The notes beneath the pieces were generated by a model. That model had not been told where the DNA came from and did no database searches. It saw nothing but the letters and a program-made list of their open reading frames with translations. 64,000 nucleotides of DNA from an uncultured Myxococcales bacterium (GTDB lineage: Bacteria > Myxococcota_A > Polyangia > Fen-1088): NCBI GenBank assembly GCA_964571275.1, contig CAZNCQ010000006.1, positions 4,770 to 68,769 on the forward strand, written 5' to 3'. Shown here in pieces: positions 34,661-44,455 of this stretch. Position 1 is the first letter of the stretch. Every line of letters begins with the position of its first letter. The translations under genes and the position numbers were made by a program.

Positions 34661-36544
34661 TCACTTCTTGCGCTGCAGGATGTGCTCGATCTCGTCCATG
34701 GTCGCGTTCATCTCGGCGATCGCCGAGTCGAACGGCACTGACGTGGTCATGTCGACACCGGCGTCTTTCAACAGGTCGATGGCGTACTTCGAGCTGCCCG
34801 CCGAGAGCATCTGCAAGTAGGCGTCGCGCCGCGCGGTCTTGCCAGCCCGCGCCTCCTCGCGCACGGCGCGCGCCAGCGCCGTCGAGGCGACCATGCTCGT
34901 GGCGTACTGGTAGACGTAGAAGTTGTAGTAAAAGTGGGGCACGTACGCCCACTCGGTCGCGAGCACCTCGTCGACCTGGCAGACCTTCTGCGCGTGGCCG
35001 TAGTAGAAGCGCGCGAGCTCGAGATAGCGCTTCGACAGGTTCTCGCCGGTCAGCGGCTCGCCCCGCTCCGCCTGCTCGTGAAAGCCGAGCTCGAACTCGG
35101 CGAACTGGGTCTGACGGAACAACGTCGTGCGCAACCCGTCGAGCAGCGTGCCCAGCAGAGACAGCCGGGTCGCGTCGTCCTTGGCGCGGTCGAGCATGTA
35201 GTGAATCAGCAAGTTCTCGTTGAAGGTCGAGGCGACCTCGGCGACGAAGATCGGGTAGTCGGCGGTGGCGTACGGCTGCGCGCCGTGCGACAGGAAGGTG
35301 TGCATCGAGTGCCCCGACTCGTGCGCCAGCGTGGTCAGATCTTCATAGCGGCCGTTGAAGTTGAGCAGCTGGAACGGGTGCACGCCGTAGACGCCCGTCG
35401 AGTACGCGCCCGATCGCTTGCCGGCCGACGGCAGGTAGTCGGTCCAGCGGCTCTCGAACCCCTTGCGCAGGGCCTCGGTGTACGCCGTGCCCAGCGGCGC
35501 CAGCGCCTCGAGCGTGATCGCGCGCGCCTCGTCGGGGCCAAAGCGCATGTCGACGCTCGCGACCAGCGGCACGTACAGGTCCTGATAGTGGAGCTCGTCG
35601 AGGCCGAGCATGCGTTTGCGCAGCGTCAGGTAGCGGTGCAGCGTCGGCAGGCTGCGGTGCACGTCGGCCAGCAGCTGCTTGTAGACGGCGACCGGGATGT
35701 TGTCCTGGAACAGCGCCGCCTCGAGCGTCGACCCGAAGTGCCGGACGCGCATCTCGAAGAGGTGCGCCTTCACCGCGGAGGCCAGCGTCACGCCCATGGT
35801 GCGCTCGTAGGTCTTGAGCGCGCCGAAGAACGCCGCGAACACCTTGTCACGATCGGCGCGGGCACGATCCTGCCGGTGCAGCGTGAACGCCGCGGGGTCC
35901 AGGCGCACCGACTCGCCCGTCGAGAGCTTGAGCGTCGGATACGGCAAGTCGGCGTTGGACAGGACGCCGTGCACCTCGCTCCCGGCGCTCTCCAGGTCGG
36001 CCGCCTCGGCGGCGATCTTCTCCTCGGCGGCGGTCAGCGTGTGCGGCTTGCGCCGCAGCGTCTCCTCCAGATAGACGCGGTACGGAGCCAGCCTGGGCTC
36101 GTCGGCGACGAACTTGCGCACGCGCGCCGGGTCCATCGCCAGGATCTCCGGCCGCACCCACGAGCAGGCCGCGCCAAACGCGGTTGCCAGCTCCTGCGCG
36201 CCCTGCTTCATCTCGCGCGGGCGCCCCGCGCGCACGTCCTCGTCGGACAGGCCGTTCGCGTAGACCAGAAGCCGCGACAGGTCTCGATCCAGATCGAACA
36301 TCAGCTGCAGACCGCCCAGCAGCTCCTTGGGCGACTTGCCCAGGTGCCCCCGATGATTGCCGAGCTCGGGCAGCCGCTTCTGGATCGTGTCCTTGGCCGC
36401 GGTCCACGCCGCCTCCGACGGGTAGAGATCCCCCAGGTTCCACCTGTACTTGTCGGGGATCTCCGAGCGGTCCCCGGCCGCGATCGCGCCTGCCGTCATG
36501 CCGATGCCTCCGAGGCACACGAGTATCAGCCGCCGATAGCCCAT
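34661..36544 (-). CDS. pepF: M3B oligoendopeptidase F
   Basis: 627 aa with a signal-like N-terminus. Zinc motif HESGHSMH. The length and flanking blocks are typical of PepF. Confidence 0.9.
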   Translation of the reverse strand: MGYRRLILVCLGGIGMTAGAIAAGDRSEIPDKYRWNLGDLYPSEAAWTAAKDTIQKRLPELGNHRGHLGKSPKELLGGLQLMFDLDRDLSRLLVYANGLSDEDVRAGRPREMKQGAQELATAFGAACSWVRPEILAMDPARVRKFVADEPRLAPYRVYLEETLRRKPHTLTAAEEKIAAEAADLESAGSEVHGVLSNADLPYPTLKLSTGESVRLDPAAFTLHRQDRARADRDKVFAAFFGALKTYERTMGVTLASAVKAHLFEMRVRHFGSTLEAALFQDNIPVAVYKQLLADVHRSLPTLHRYLTLRKRMLGLDELHYQDLYVPLVASVDMRFGPDEARAITLEALAPLGTAYTEALRKGFESRWTDYLPSAGKRSGAYSTGVYGVHPFQLLNFNGRYEDLTTLAHESGHSMHTFLSHGAQPYATADYPIFVAEVASTFNENLLIHYMLDRAKDDATRLSLLGTLLDGLRTTLFRQTQFAEFELGFHEQAERGEPLTGENLSKRYLELARFYYGHAQKVCQVDEVLATEWAYVPHFYYNFYVYQYATSMVASTALARAVREEARAGKTARRDAYLQMLSAGSSKYAIDLLKDAGVDMTTSVPFDSAIAEMNATMDEIEHILQRKK

Positions 36545-36673
36545 GAGCCCGAGGGAAACTAACGGCAGATCGCCCGGCGATCAACCCGGCGCCGTCGATT
36601 GCCGTGCGTGGCGCCGGGCGTGCGCGCCCGCGAATCGGTTGCAGGCGCGCGCGAAATATGGCACGAGCGCACG

Positions 36674-37711
36674 ATGACGGTGAGGGGACGCGACAGGAGA
36701 CGCGCAAGAAGATCGGTCACCGGATGGCGGCGCGCGCTGATGCTGGGCGCGGTCAGCGCAGCGGCCGTCGCGCTCGCGCCGGTCGGGCGCGCGCACGCAG
36801 GGGCCGAGGAGCCCGCGGTGATCGTTGGACGCGTGACGTTCCGGGACAGCGTGCGCCAGGCCCGGGCAGAAGACGTCGAGCGCCTCCGCTGGGGCCGCCT
36901 CATCGTCGAGATGCGCCGGGGCTGGGACGTGTACGCGGCGAACCTCGACGCAAACGGCTTCTTTTCAATCAGCGGACCGCCGGGTACGTACCGGCTCGAC
37001 TACGTGCGCGTCGGCCAGCTGACCGAATTTCTGGCGCCGCACGAGGTGAAGGCGCGCGCGGGGCGCGTCACCTGTCTCGGCACGCTCGAGATCGCCGTCG
37101 CGGATCTGGGACGCGATCTCGGCAACAACAACGACAGTCAGTTGCAGGTGCGCGACGACTGCGCCGCGCTCGAGCCCGAGGTGCGCCGGCTGGCGAACGC
37201 CGACGCGGGGATCGCGACGTCGGTGCCGGCGCCGGTCGAGCGCCACTGGAAAGGTCCGACGGCGGTCGAGATCGCCGCCGGCCTGCGCGCCGAACTGGCG
37301 CTGGACAACAAGGGCGGCTCGATGGTCCGCGGCAGCTTGCTGGTGCCGATCAGCCAGGACACCGGCAGCGGCAACTTCGTGGCGGCAGCGCAGCTGCTGC
37401 ACCTGTCGGCCGCCTTCGAGACCAACCGTCTCAGCAACGGTACCGGCACGACCATCCCGGGCACGGCGAAGTGGGGTGGCGCCGTCGGCGCCGGGTACTC
37501 GATCTGGCTGCTCGAGGCGATGCTCCGGGGTGGGTTCCTGGCCGGCGATGGCCCGGGCGAGCACGGGCCCATGGTGGGTGGATCGCTGCGCGTCGGAACC
37601 TTCCTGTTCGGCGTCGGCCTGCAGATCGAACGCTACCCGTCGGCCAGCCAGCAGATGCAGCTGATCACCCTCGACCTGTCGCCGATCGGTCTGCTCGGGA
37701 GCCTGCTGTGA
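36674..37711 (+). CDS. secreted protein with carboxypeptidase-regulatory-like N-terminal module and beta-barrel-like C-terminus
   Basis: Arg-rich signal (RRRARRSVTGWRRALMLGAVSAAAVALAPVGRAHA). VIVGRVTF...NGFFSISGPPGTYRLDYV module. The Gly-rich C-terminal part shows an alternating hydrophobic pattern. Confidence 0.6.
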   Translation: MTVRGRDRRRARRSVTGWRRALMLGAVSAAAVALAPVGRAHAGAEEPAVIVGRVTFRDSVRQARAEDVERLRWGRLIVEMRRGWDVYAANLDANGFFSISGPPGTYRLDYVRVGQLTEFLAPHEVKARAGRVTCLGTLEIAVADLGRDLGNNNDSQLQVRDDCAALEPEVRRLANADAGIATSVPAPVERHWKGPTAVEIAAGLRAELALDNKGGSMVRGSLLVPISQDTGSGNFVAAAQLLHLSAAFETNRLSNGTGTTIPGTAKWGGAVGAGYSIWLLEAMLRGGFLAGDGPGEHGPMVGGSLRVGTFLFGVGLQIERYPSASQQMQLITLDLSPIGLLGSLL

Positions 37712-38355
37712 CCGGCGCGGCGCGCGCGATCTGGTTGCCGCTCGCGGTGGCCGCGCTGGCCAGCGCGGCGGCCGGCGGCTGCTTTCGCCTGAGCGATCCG
37801 GTCTACGCCACACAAGACATTCGCGCCCACGAGCCGAGCGAGGCGGGGCGATCGTTGATCTTCGGCACCATCGTCGTCGACGAGTTCGGGGCCGGCGATC
37901 TCGACACCATCACCCTGGCCAAGGTCGGTCCGGGCACGGAGCGCGGCCACCGCAGCACCAACCGGATCAATCTGTTTCGCGTGTTCTCCCGGCGCGCGAT
38001 GAAGGACGGCCACTTCGTCATCGAGGTCGAGCCCGGGATCTACGAGCTCGAGAGCTTCTCCACCTCGGGCTGGGGCCAGCCACGCACCTGGACGTCGAAG
38101 GACGAGGCGCGCCGGGGCACGCGCGTGATCGTGACCCGCCCCGGGATCTACGACATCGGCACGCTGCGCGTGGCCTTCGGCGCGGTCGGGTTCTTGGAGA
38201 GGTCGTACAACTTCGAACGCATCACGGCCCCCAACCCCGAACGGCAAGCCGTTCTGGCAAGAGCGATCGCCGACACGCGCTGGGCCCGGGTGCCGATGGC
38301 GCCCATGACGCCGGGCGCGCCCGCCCCGACCGCGCAGGCCCCGCCAGCGCCATAG
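37708..38355 (+). CDS. lipoprotein, paralogous module to upstream gene
   Basis: GTG overlaps the upstream stop (GTGA). Lipobox AAAGGC. LIFGTIVVDE...DGHFVIEVEPGIYELESF...GIYDIGTLRV resembles the N-module of the 36674 gene. Confidence 0.6.
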   Translation: MTGAARAIWLPLAVAALASAAAGGCFRLSDPVYATQDIRAHEPSEAGRSLIFGTIVVDEFGAGDLDTITLAKVGPGTERGHRSTNRINLFRVFSRRAMKDGHFVIEVEPGIYELESFSTSGWGQPRTWTSKDEARRGTRVIVTRPGIYDIGTLRVAFGAVGFLERSYNFERITAPNPERQAVLARAIADTRWARVPMAPMTPGAPAPTAQAPPAP

Positions 38356-38370
38356 CGGCGGCGCACAGGG

Positions 38371-41259
38371 CTAGAGGGCGCCGCGGATCGTGGCGTCGTC
38401 GCCGACCAGCGACAGCACAGTGCCTTCGTTGCACGCGGCGAAGACGCGGTGGACGTCAGGTGGCGTGACCCGCGCCAGCTCGTCGACGTCGCCGGTGACC
38501 GTGTCGATGGGCAGGCCCAGCGTGATGGTCTCCATGATCTCCTCGGCCAGCTCCGACGCGGTCTGGAAGCGCAGAGCGGCGCCGCGGGTCAGCGCCCACT
38601 GCACCTGGCTCAGCGCCGCTTTGTCGACGTCGCCGCGGGCCAGGAGGTCGATCTGCGCGTGCAGCACACGGAGCACCTCGCGCAGGCGGCGGCTATCGAC
38701 GGACATCGCGGTCTCGATGTGCGCGGCTCCGCCCGGAGCCAAGAATGCCGTGCTGTCGATCGAGTAGGCGGCGCCGGCCTGTTCGCGGATCTCATTGGTG
38801 AGGTAGCCGCCCAGCACGCTTGCGGCGATGCGCTGGGCGGCGCGTTCGCGCGCGGTCTTGGGATACGGCAACCGGCAAGCGAGCGTGACCTCGACCTGCG
38901 CGCCCACCGGCCGGTGGGTGATGAGCAGCTCTTCCCGCTTTTGCGCGCGGAGCGGCGGCGGGACCCAGGGGACGTTGAGCCGGCGCGCCGACGCCGGGCC
39001 GTGCCAGTCGGAGAACCAGCCGGCGACGATGCGAGTCGCGGCGGCGACGTCCATATCGCCGGCGACGACCAGCACCGCATTGCGCGGCCCGTACAGCTGC
39101 GGCAGCCACACCGGCGCCAGGCTCGGATCCAGAACGCGCAGATTGTCGAGGCCGGCGCGCGTGCCGTAGGCGTGCGATCCGTACAGCGCCGCGCGCACCT
39201 TGGCGGACGCTTGCGCGCGCGGCTCGTCGATCGGCGCCGGCATCGACGCCAGGCGCGGGCGCGCCCGCTCGAGCACCCCGGCCCAGTCGGTACCGGCGAC
39301 GTCGTGTACGCGATCGGCCAGCAGGTAGAGCGCGTTCGACAGATGCCGCCGGTCGGTGCGCACGACGTCGGCGGTGTAGCCGGGGCCGTCGGCCCGCTCG
39401 GTGCGCAGCGCTGCTGCGCCACGCTGGCCAGTGCCGCCTGCTTCGGCGGCGCGCACCAGCGTGAGCACGCCAGGGAATATTGCGGCCGCGCCTCCGTGGA
39501 AGCCGAGCAGCGCGGTCACCGCGGGAAACCCGGGGCGCGGTACCAGCACCACCGTCAGCCCGTTGGGAAGCGGGAAGATGCGGGCTTCGCGTAGTCCGGG
39601 TGGTGCCGGCGCCGGTGGCGGCGCGCCGAAGTCCGCCGCGCGAAAGGGGCTCGCGTCGAGCGGCAGGTTCTCGGGCGACGCGACGCCGACCGGGCCTGGC
39701 CGCTGCACCTCGCCCACCACCGGTTCGAGAAACAGCGTGCGCGCGCGCTCGGGCGCCAGCGCGCGGAAGGCGACATTGCTGACGTCGCTGGTGCGCGTGG
39801 CCGCGATCGTCCACAGCAGTCGGTCGAAGGCGTCGACCGCCCCGGTGATCTGGAACGACCGCGCGCGGCTCGTCGCGCGCTCCAGGAACGGCTCCGATTC
39901 CAGCACCGCGCTGTTCACCGCCGCGTGCTGCAGGTTGAAGACCGTGCCTTGCCGCCAGTCGACCCATTCGACGGCGGTGGGTGGCCCTGCGTCGGACCAC
40001 AGCGCCCAGATCAGGTTCTGCGCGGTCTGCGCGAGCCAGTCCCGGCGGCGACTGTGCTCGAGCACGATCTGGCATCCGAGCAGCATGCGGTCGCGCAGCT
40101 CGAATGCGTGAAACTCGACGGCCAGCACCTCGGGTTCGACGATGAGGTGCTCGCGCACCGCCGCCTCGGCCGCGGCCGTGGTCAGGATCCTGCCGACGGC
40201 GCCCGGCTGCGCCGACGAGGGGCCGAGGTCGTAGGCGAGCCAGATCTCGGGCGTGGCGACCGCGGCCCGCAACGTCTCCGGCGCGGCCGGCGGACCGGCG
40301 GCACCGGGGCCGGGTGCCGGCGCGACGCCGCTGGCGGCGGCGCCACCACCGACGGTGGCCGGCGCGAGAGCGTTGCGTGCGGGGCCCCCCGACGCGCCCT
40401 TCTTGATCGCGTCGGGCAGGCGCGCGACCACGCCGGCCAGCGCGCCGGCGCCGATCTCGCCGGTGACGAGCAGCGTGGCGTTGTCGGGGCGGTAGTGGGC
40501 GGCAGCGAACGCGCGCGCGTCGGCCAGGGTCAGTGCGCGCAGCGTGGCCGGGCTGCCCCCGATCGGGCGCGCGTACGGGTGCCCCGGCGGGAACAGCGCG
40601 TGCTGCATCCAGGCGACCACGCGGCCGTAGACGCCGGTCTCGTTGCGCTGGTAGAGCTCGTTCTCGACGATGGCGCGCTCGCGCTCGAGATCGGCTTCGT
40701 CGACGCCGGCCAGAGGCCGCGACAGGCGCTCGGCGGTGATGTCCAGCAGCGCCGGCAGCGCGTCGGCGGGCGCTGCCTCGTAAAAGCGCGTGGCGTCCAG
40801 GCTGGTGTCGGCGTTGTACGCGGCGCCGACGCGCACCAGGCGCTCGCTCTCCGGGCGCTCGCGCCGGCTGTGCGCGTGAAACACCAGGTGCTCGACCAGG
40901 TGGGCCAGCCCCTCGCGCGCGGGCGGGTCGGCGCTGGCGCCGCTGCCGACGACGGCGACCACCGCCACCAGGCCGCGCGCCCGCCCAGGCTCGACGCCCA
41001 CGCGCAAGCCGCTCGGCATCACCGCTTGCGCGACCGCGAAGCGCGGCAGGTCCAGCACGTTGTCCGGGTCGGGAGCCAGCGTGGGCGCCATGGCCGCGAA
41101 CTGCTGCGGCGACACCACCGGTCCCCACGACGAATCGAAGCCGCGCGCGGCCGCGTAGCAACCGCCGGCACCGGCCGCGACCGCCAGCGCGGCCATCCAA
41201 CGTCGATCGGTGATGCGGCGCGCGCGGGGCGACGCCGCGCGCGCGAGCGCGGGGGTCAT
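38371..41259 (-). CDS. M16 (pitrilysin/insulinase) family zinc peptidase, double-length
   Basis: HxxEH motif HLVEHLVFH. 962 aa with two M16-like halves. A possible lipoprotein start lies at 41196 (AAGAGGC). Confidence 0.9.
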   Translation of the reverse strand: MTPALARAASPRARRITDRRWMAALAVAAGAGGCYAAARGFDSSWGPVVSPQQFAAMAPTLAPDPDNVLDLPRFAVAQAVMPSGLRVGVEPGRARGLVAVVAVVGSGASADPPAREGLAHLVEHLVFHAHSRRERPESERLVRVGAAYNADTSLDATRFYEAAPADALPALLDITAERLSRPLAGVDEADLERERAIVENELYQRNETGVYGRVVAWMQHALFPPGHPYARPIGGSPATLRALTLADARAFAAAHYRPDNATLLVTGEIGAGALAGVVARLPDAIKKGASGGPARNALAPATVGGGAAASGVAPAPGPGAAGPPAAPETLRAAVATPEIWLAYDLGPSSAQPGAVGRILTTAAAEAAVREHLIVEPEVLAVEFHAFELRDRMLLGCQIVLEHSRRRDWLAQTAQNLIWALWSDAGPPTAVEWVDWRQGTVFNLQHAAVNSAVLESEPFLERATSRARSFQITGAVDAFDRLLWTIAATRTSDVSNVAFRALAPERARTLFLEPVVGEVQRPGPVGVASPENLPLDASPFRAADFGAPPPAPAPPGLREARIFPLPNGLTVVLVPRPGFPAVTALLGFHGGAAAIFPGVLTLVRAAEAGGTGQRGAAALRTERADGPGYTADVVRTDRRHLSNALYLLADRVHDVAGTDWAGVLERARPRLASMPAPIDEPRAQASAKVRAALYGSHAYGTRAGLDNLRVLDPSLAPVWLPQLYGPRNAVLVVAGDMDVAAATRIVAGWFSDWHGPASARRLNVPWVPPPLRAQKREELLITHRPVGAQVEVTLACRLPYPKTARERAAQRIAASVLGGYLTNEIREQAGAAYSIDSTAFLAPGGAAHIETAMSVDSRRLREVLRVLHAQIDLLARGDVDKAALSQVQWALTRGAALRFQTASELAEEIMETITLGLPIDTVTGDVDELARVTPPDVHRVFAACNEGTVLSLVGDDATIRGAL

Positions 41260-41346
41260 CGCGCGGATGATCTCGCGACAAAAAGCATCGTCAGCAGCCC
41301 GCGCACAGCGATCTCTTTCTCGAACGCGTCCTGCCGGCGCCGGACG

Positions 41347-41934
41347 TCACCGGGCACTCACGAGCAAGACCAGGCCCACGAGGCCGAACAACACCGCGGC
41401 CACCCGCTGGGTGACCTTGGGATTCAGCAAGTGCCCTGCCCTGTTGCCGACCAGGACCGCGAGCGCCGCGACCGCCCAGAGAGCGGAGGTCGCAGCTCCG
41501 AACACCAGCAGCGGCGAGCGATAGCGGGCTTCGAATCCGGCCGTGGCGATCTGCGTGAGATCCCCCCACTCGGCGATGAACACGACGGTGAAGACGAGCC
41601 AGAACGCCCGAAAGAACCCTCGTTTCGGCGACTCTGCCTTTTCGCTACCCGAGGGGCTCTCCTCGTCGGGCCGCCTTCGCCACATGACGACGGCCGACAC
41701 GAGAAACAGGACTGCCGCTGCGATATGGACGATCTTCGCCGGCAGCAAGGAGAAGATGTGACCGGCGCCCACCGCGACGACACTCTGGACGGTGAGTGCC
41801 AGCGATGCCCCCAAGAACACCGGCAAAGGACGATACCTGGTCGCGAGCACGAGCGACGCGAGCGCCGTCTTGTCCGGCAACTCCGCCACGAAGATGAACC
41901 CGAAAATCGTCGCGAAAAGCGTGTACCTGTTCAT
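41347..41934 (-). CDS. GDT1/TMEM165 (UPF0016) family cation transporter
   Basis: Two E-x-G-D-(K/R)-(T/S)-like repeats (AELPDKT, AEWGDLT) in a 6-TM, 195-aa protein. Confidence 0.85.
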   Translation of the reverse strand: MNRYTLFATIFGFIFVAELPDKTALASLVLATRYRPLPVFLGASLALTVQSVVAVGAGHIFSLLPAKIVHIAAAVLFLVSAVVMWRRRPDEESPSGSEKAESPKRGFFRAFWLVFTVVFIAEWGDLTQIATAGFEARYRSPLLVFGAATSALWAVAALAVLVGNRAGHLLNPKVTQRVAAVLFGLVGLVLLVSAR

Positions 41935-41982
41935 CGCTCGAGTGACCTTGCCATCTTGCGGGTCGAGACGCTCGGTTCTTCG

Positions 41983-43737
41983 TCAGTGGTTGCTCTTCGA
42001 GACGTGCGTCGAGGTACCCGTGATGTCCTCCCAGGCGACGATGGGGACCGTGTTCCCGAAGAGCGCGAGCGCGCAGTTGCCGTTCGCGGAATGGAAGACG
42101 CCGTAGCCCTCGTCCCAAGCTGTGCCGGTCCAGCCGGCGACGTGCAGATCGGAGGTGGTCGGGTCGGTGGTCGTCGGACCATCGTATTGCAACCAGGTGA
42201 CGATCGGGCGGTCGCCAGGGGCCAACGCCACCTGGCCTGCTTGATTCACCGCCGGCGACATCGGCGCGCTGTTCAGCGACGGCACATACGTGCTCGCGAC
42301 GCCAGCGGTTGAAACCGCGATCACGTCCAGCGTCTGCGACACGCGGAACGCGATGGCCTGCTGGGCGCTGTCGAGCGCCAGGCCGTTGCCGGCACCGGTG
42401 CCGGGGAGCGCCGTCCACGACGAGCCGTTCCAGCGCGAGATGCGCAGATTGGCCTCGACGACGGGGAAGTCCGAGCTGTCGACGGCGACGCGACACGGAG
42501 ACATGTCGCACGTGCCCATGGTGAAGTCCGGATAGGCGCTCCAGGCGCTGCCGGTCCAGCGCGAGACGTGCCCGCGATGGTTGGTCCCGGCGGACGATTC
42601 GTCCCAGCGGACGACCGGCTGCCCGGCGGCGGAGAAGGCGATCGCGAGCGACGTGGTGCTATCGCCGAGCGTGGTCAACAAGGTCCCGTAGCTGGCGTCC
42701 CACGCGGTGCCGGTCCAGCGGGCGACGTGGACGGGGACCGAAGATCCCACGGGCTCGTTCCAGGCCAGGAACAGCCCCGCCTTCGTGCTGCCGAAGCCAG
42801 GGATGCCGGCAAGCTGACCGCTGGTCTGCGGCGAAGGGATGCTGGTGTCCCAGCTCGTGTTGCCGGTGTGGCGGGCGATCTGGATCGTGCCGTTGACCCA
42901 GGTCGCGACAGTCGGCTCGCCCGCAGCGTCGAGCACCATCTGCGGCCCGATCCCCGCGACCGTCCCGAGATCGACCCACAGCGGAACTGCGTAGCTCCAC
43001 ATCGCGCCGGCGAAGGCGTTGCCCGCGAGGTCGGTGATGCTCGACGCGACGGTCTCGGTCATCGTGCCGGGGAGCGCCAGCGCCGAGCGGTCGGCGAGCG
43101 CGATCGTGATCGTCTTGCCGTCGTTTCCCAGCGAGGCGGTCGCGCCGACCGGCGCACCTGCGAGCGCCAGCGCCACCGACCCGCTGCTCACGCTGGTCGA
43201 CGACAGCGTCTCGGAGAAGACGATCTGGATCGGATCCGCCAGCGACACGTTGCTCGCGCCGGAGTCGGGCGCCTTCGACACGATCGTCGGTGGCGTCCTG
43301 TCGACGACTATCGTCACCGGCGCGCTCGTGACGGTCTGGCCGCCAGCGGTCGTCTGCGCGACGATCTGGTAGCTCTTCTCGGCCACGGCCGTCGTGTCCC
43401 AGTCGAAGCTGTAGGGCGGTGCGCCGATGTTGGTCAGCGTGGCGCCGTCCGCGAGCAGCCGCACCGCGTGGGCCGCGCCGCCGGCGTCGACGACGCTGAC
43501 CTGGATGGTGACGGTCTTGTTCGTATACGCGGGCGACATCGGGCTCACGATGGCGATCGTCACGGGCCCGCTGCTGCCGTCAGCGACGCCATCGGTGCCG
43601 ACGGCGTCGGCCGCCGAATCAGAGGGCGCCGTCGAGCCGTCGGCAGTCGCCTTGGCGCCGGAGCCGCAGGCGAGCGCGAGTAGCGCCGGCACCATCCCCA
43701 TCGCCACGACCAGGCTCTCCCTCCGATCCCGCAGCAT
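41983..43737 (-). CDS. lipoprotein with Ig-like domains and W-x-G-[ST]-x-W repeat (propeller-like) region
   Basis: Lipobox LALACGS. N-terminal Ig-like/SbsA-type segments (VTIAIVSP..., PPTIVSKAPDSGASNVSL). C-terminal repeats ARWTGTAWD, SRWTGSAWS, SRWNGSSWT, AGWTGTAWD. Confidence 0.7.
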   Translation of the reverse strand: MLRDRRESLVVAMGMVPALLALACGSGAKATADGSTAPSDSAADAVGTDGVADGSSGPVTIAIVSPMSPAYTNKTVTIQVSVVDAGGAAHAVRLLADGATLTNIGAPPYSFDWDTTAVAEKSYQIVAQTTAGGQTVTSAPVTIVVDRTPPTIVSKAPDSGASNVSLADPIQIVFSETLSSTSVSSGSVALALAGAPVGATASLGNDGKTITIALADRSALALPGTMTETVASSITDLAGNAFAGAMWSYAVPLWVDLGTVAGIGPQMVLDAAGEPTVATWVNGTIQIARHTGNTSWDTSIPSPQTSGQLAGIPGFGSTKAGLFLAWNEPVGSSVPVHVARWTGTAWDASYGTLLTTLGDSTTSLAIAFSAAGQPVVRWDESSAGTNHRGHVSRWTGSAWSAYPDFTMGTCDMSPCRVAVDSSDFPVVEANLRISRWNGSSWTALPGTGAGNGLALDSAQQAIAFRVSQTLDVIAVSTAGVASTYVPSLNSAPMSPAVNQAGQVALAPGDRPIVTWLQYDGPTTTDPTTSDLHVAGWTGTAWDEGYGVFHSANGNCALALFGNTVPIVAWEDITGTSTHVSKSNH

Positions 43738-43825
43738 GAGAGCCTCAGTTCAACGCCTTCGCGCGTCGCTGTCCAGCATTCGATACGGTTGCCACGCGAT
43801 CGCAGCGACCGTGACGATGACTACT

Positions 43826-44209
43826 TCAGATCCCCAAACCCAGCAGATCCGGCAGCGGCCCGGTCGGCGTCCGCAAGTCGACGAGTAGCCGCGTGAGGTG
43901 TTGAATCAGCGCGGTGACGCGCAGCCCGGCCAGTAGCTCCGTTGTCGGCTTGTCCGGCGACAGCTTCCTCACGCCCTTCTCCAGCAGGCGCGTGGCCGGC
44001 CCGCCACGACCTTCGATCAGATGATGAAGTCCGGCGGCGATCTGAATCAGCCCCTGTACGGCGAGCCGCTCGCTGCCCCTCAATTCGTGCCAGACCTGCT
44101 CCCACCGCTCGTGCGCCAGGAAGAACTCCCCCCGGTTGAACGCGATCTGCCCCTGGCGAATCCCTTCCGCCTGGTGAAGGCGATCGAGTGGCAGCGGTGG
44201 ATCGGACAT
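43826..44209 (-). CDS. DUF309 domain protein
   Basis: FNRGEFFLAHERWEQVWH...LQGLIQIAAGLHH fits the DUF309 signature. Confidence 0.7.
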   Translation of the reverse strand: MSDPPLPLDRLHQAEGIRQGQIAFNRGEFFLAHERWEQVWHELRGSERLAVQGLIQIAAGLHHLIEGRGGPATRLLEKGVRKLSPDKPTTELLAGLRVTALIQHLTRLLVDLRTPTGPLPDLLGLGI

Positions 44210-44255
44210 CGCCGCTCCACCCTACTCTGCCGGCGGGCGGCATGCTCTCGCTCGA

Positions 44256-44455
44256 TCACCGCGGCGTGACGCGGGTCCAGAGCTCGTCGAAGTCGCGCGG
44301 CATCGAAGAAGACGACGACGGTGTCACCATCCCCATAGAGGCCCCGCAGGCTCCTGACGGCTCTGGTAGGTCTTCGACACAGGGAATGAGCCAACGATCG
44401 TCCATTCGGCGTCGGTCGCCAGGCGGCGCGCAGCGCCAACCAAACGCGGCCTACC
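44256..44455 (-). pseudogene. NTF2/SnoaL-like (ketosteroid isomerase-like) gene remnant with frameshifts
   Basis: Three different frames carry colinear family-like pieces: LATDAEWTIVGSFPVSKTYQSRQE, then LYGDGDTVVVFFDA, then FDELWTRVTPR*. There is no start codon, and the region abuts the stop of the upstream gene. Confidence 0.3.

Noticed and set aside
41935-41982. Expected yybP-ykoY (Mn) riboswitch upstream of the GDT1/TMEM165-family transporter
   Set aside because: Only 48 nt separate the gene from the upstream stop codon. This is too short for the aptamer, and no conserved motif was seen.
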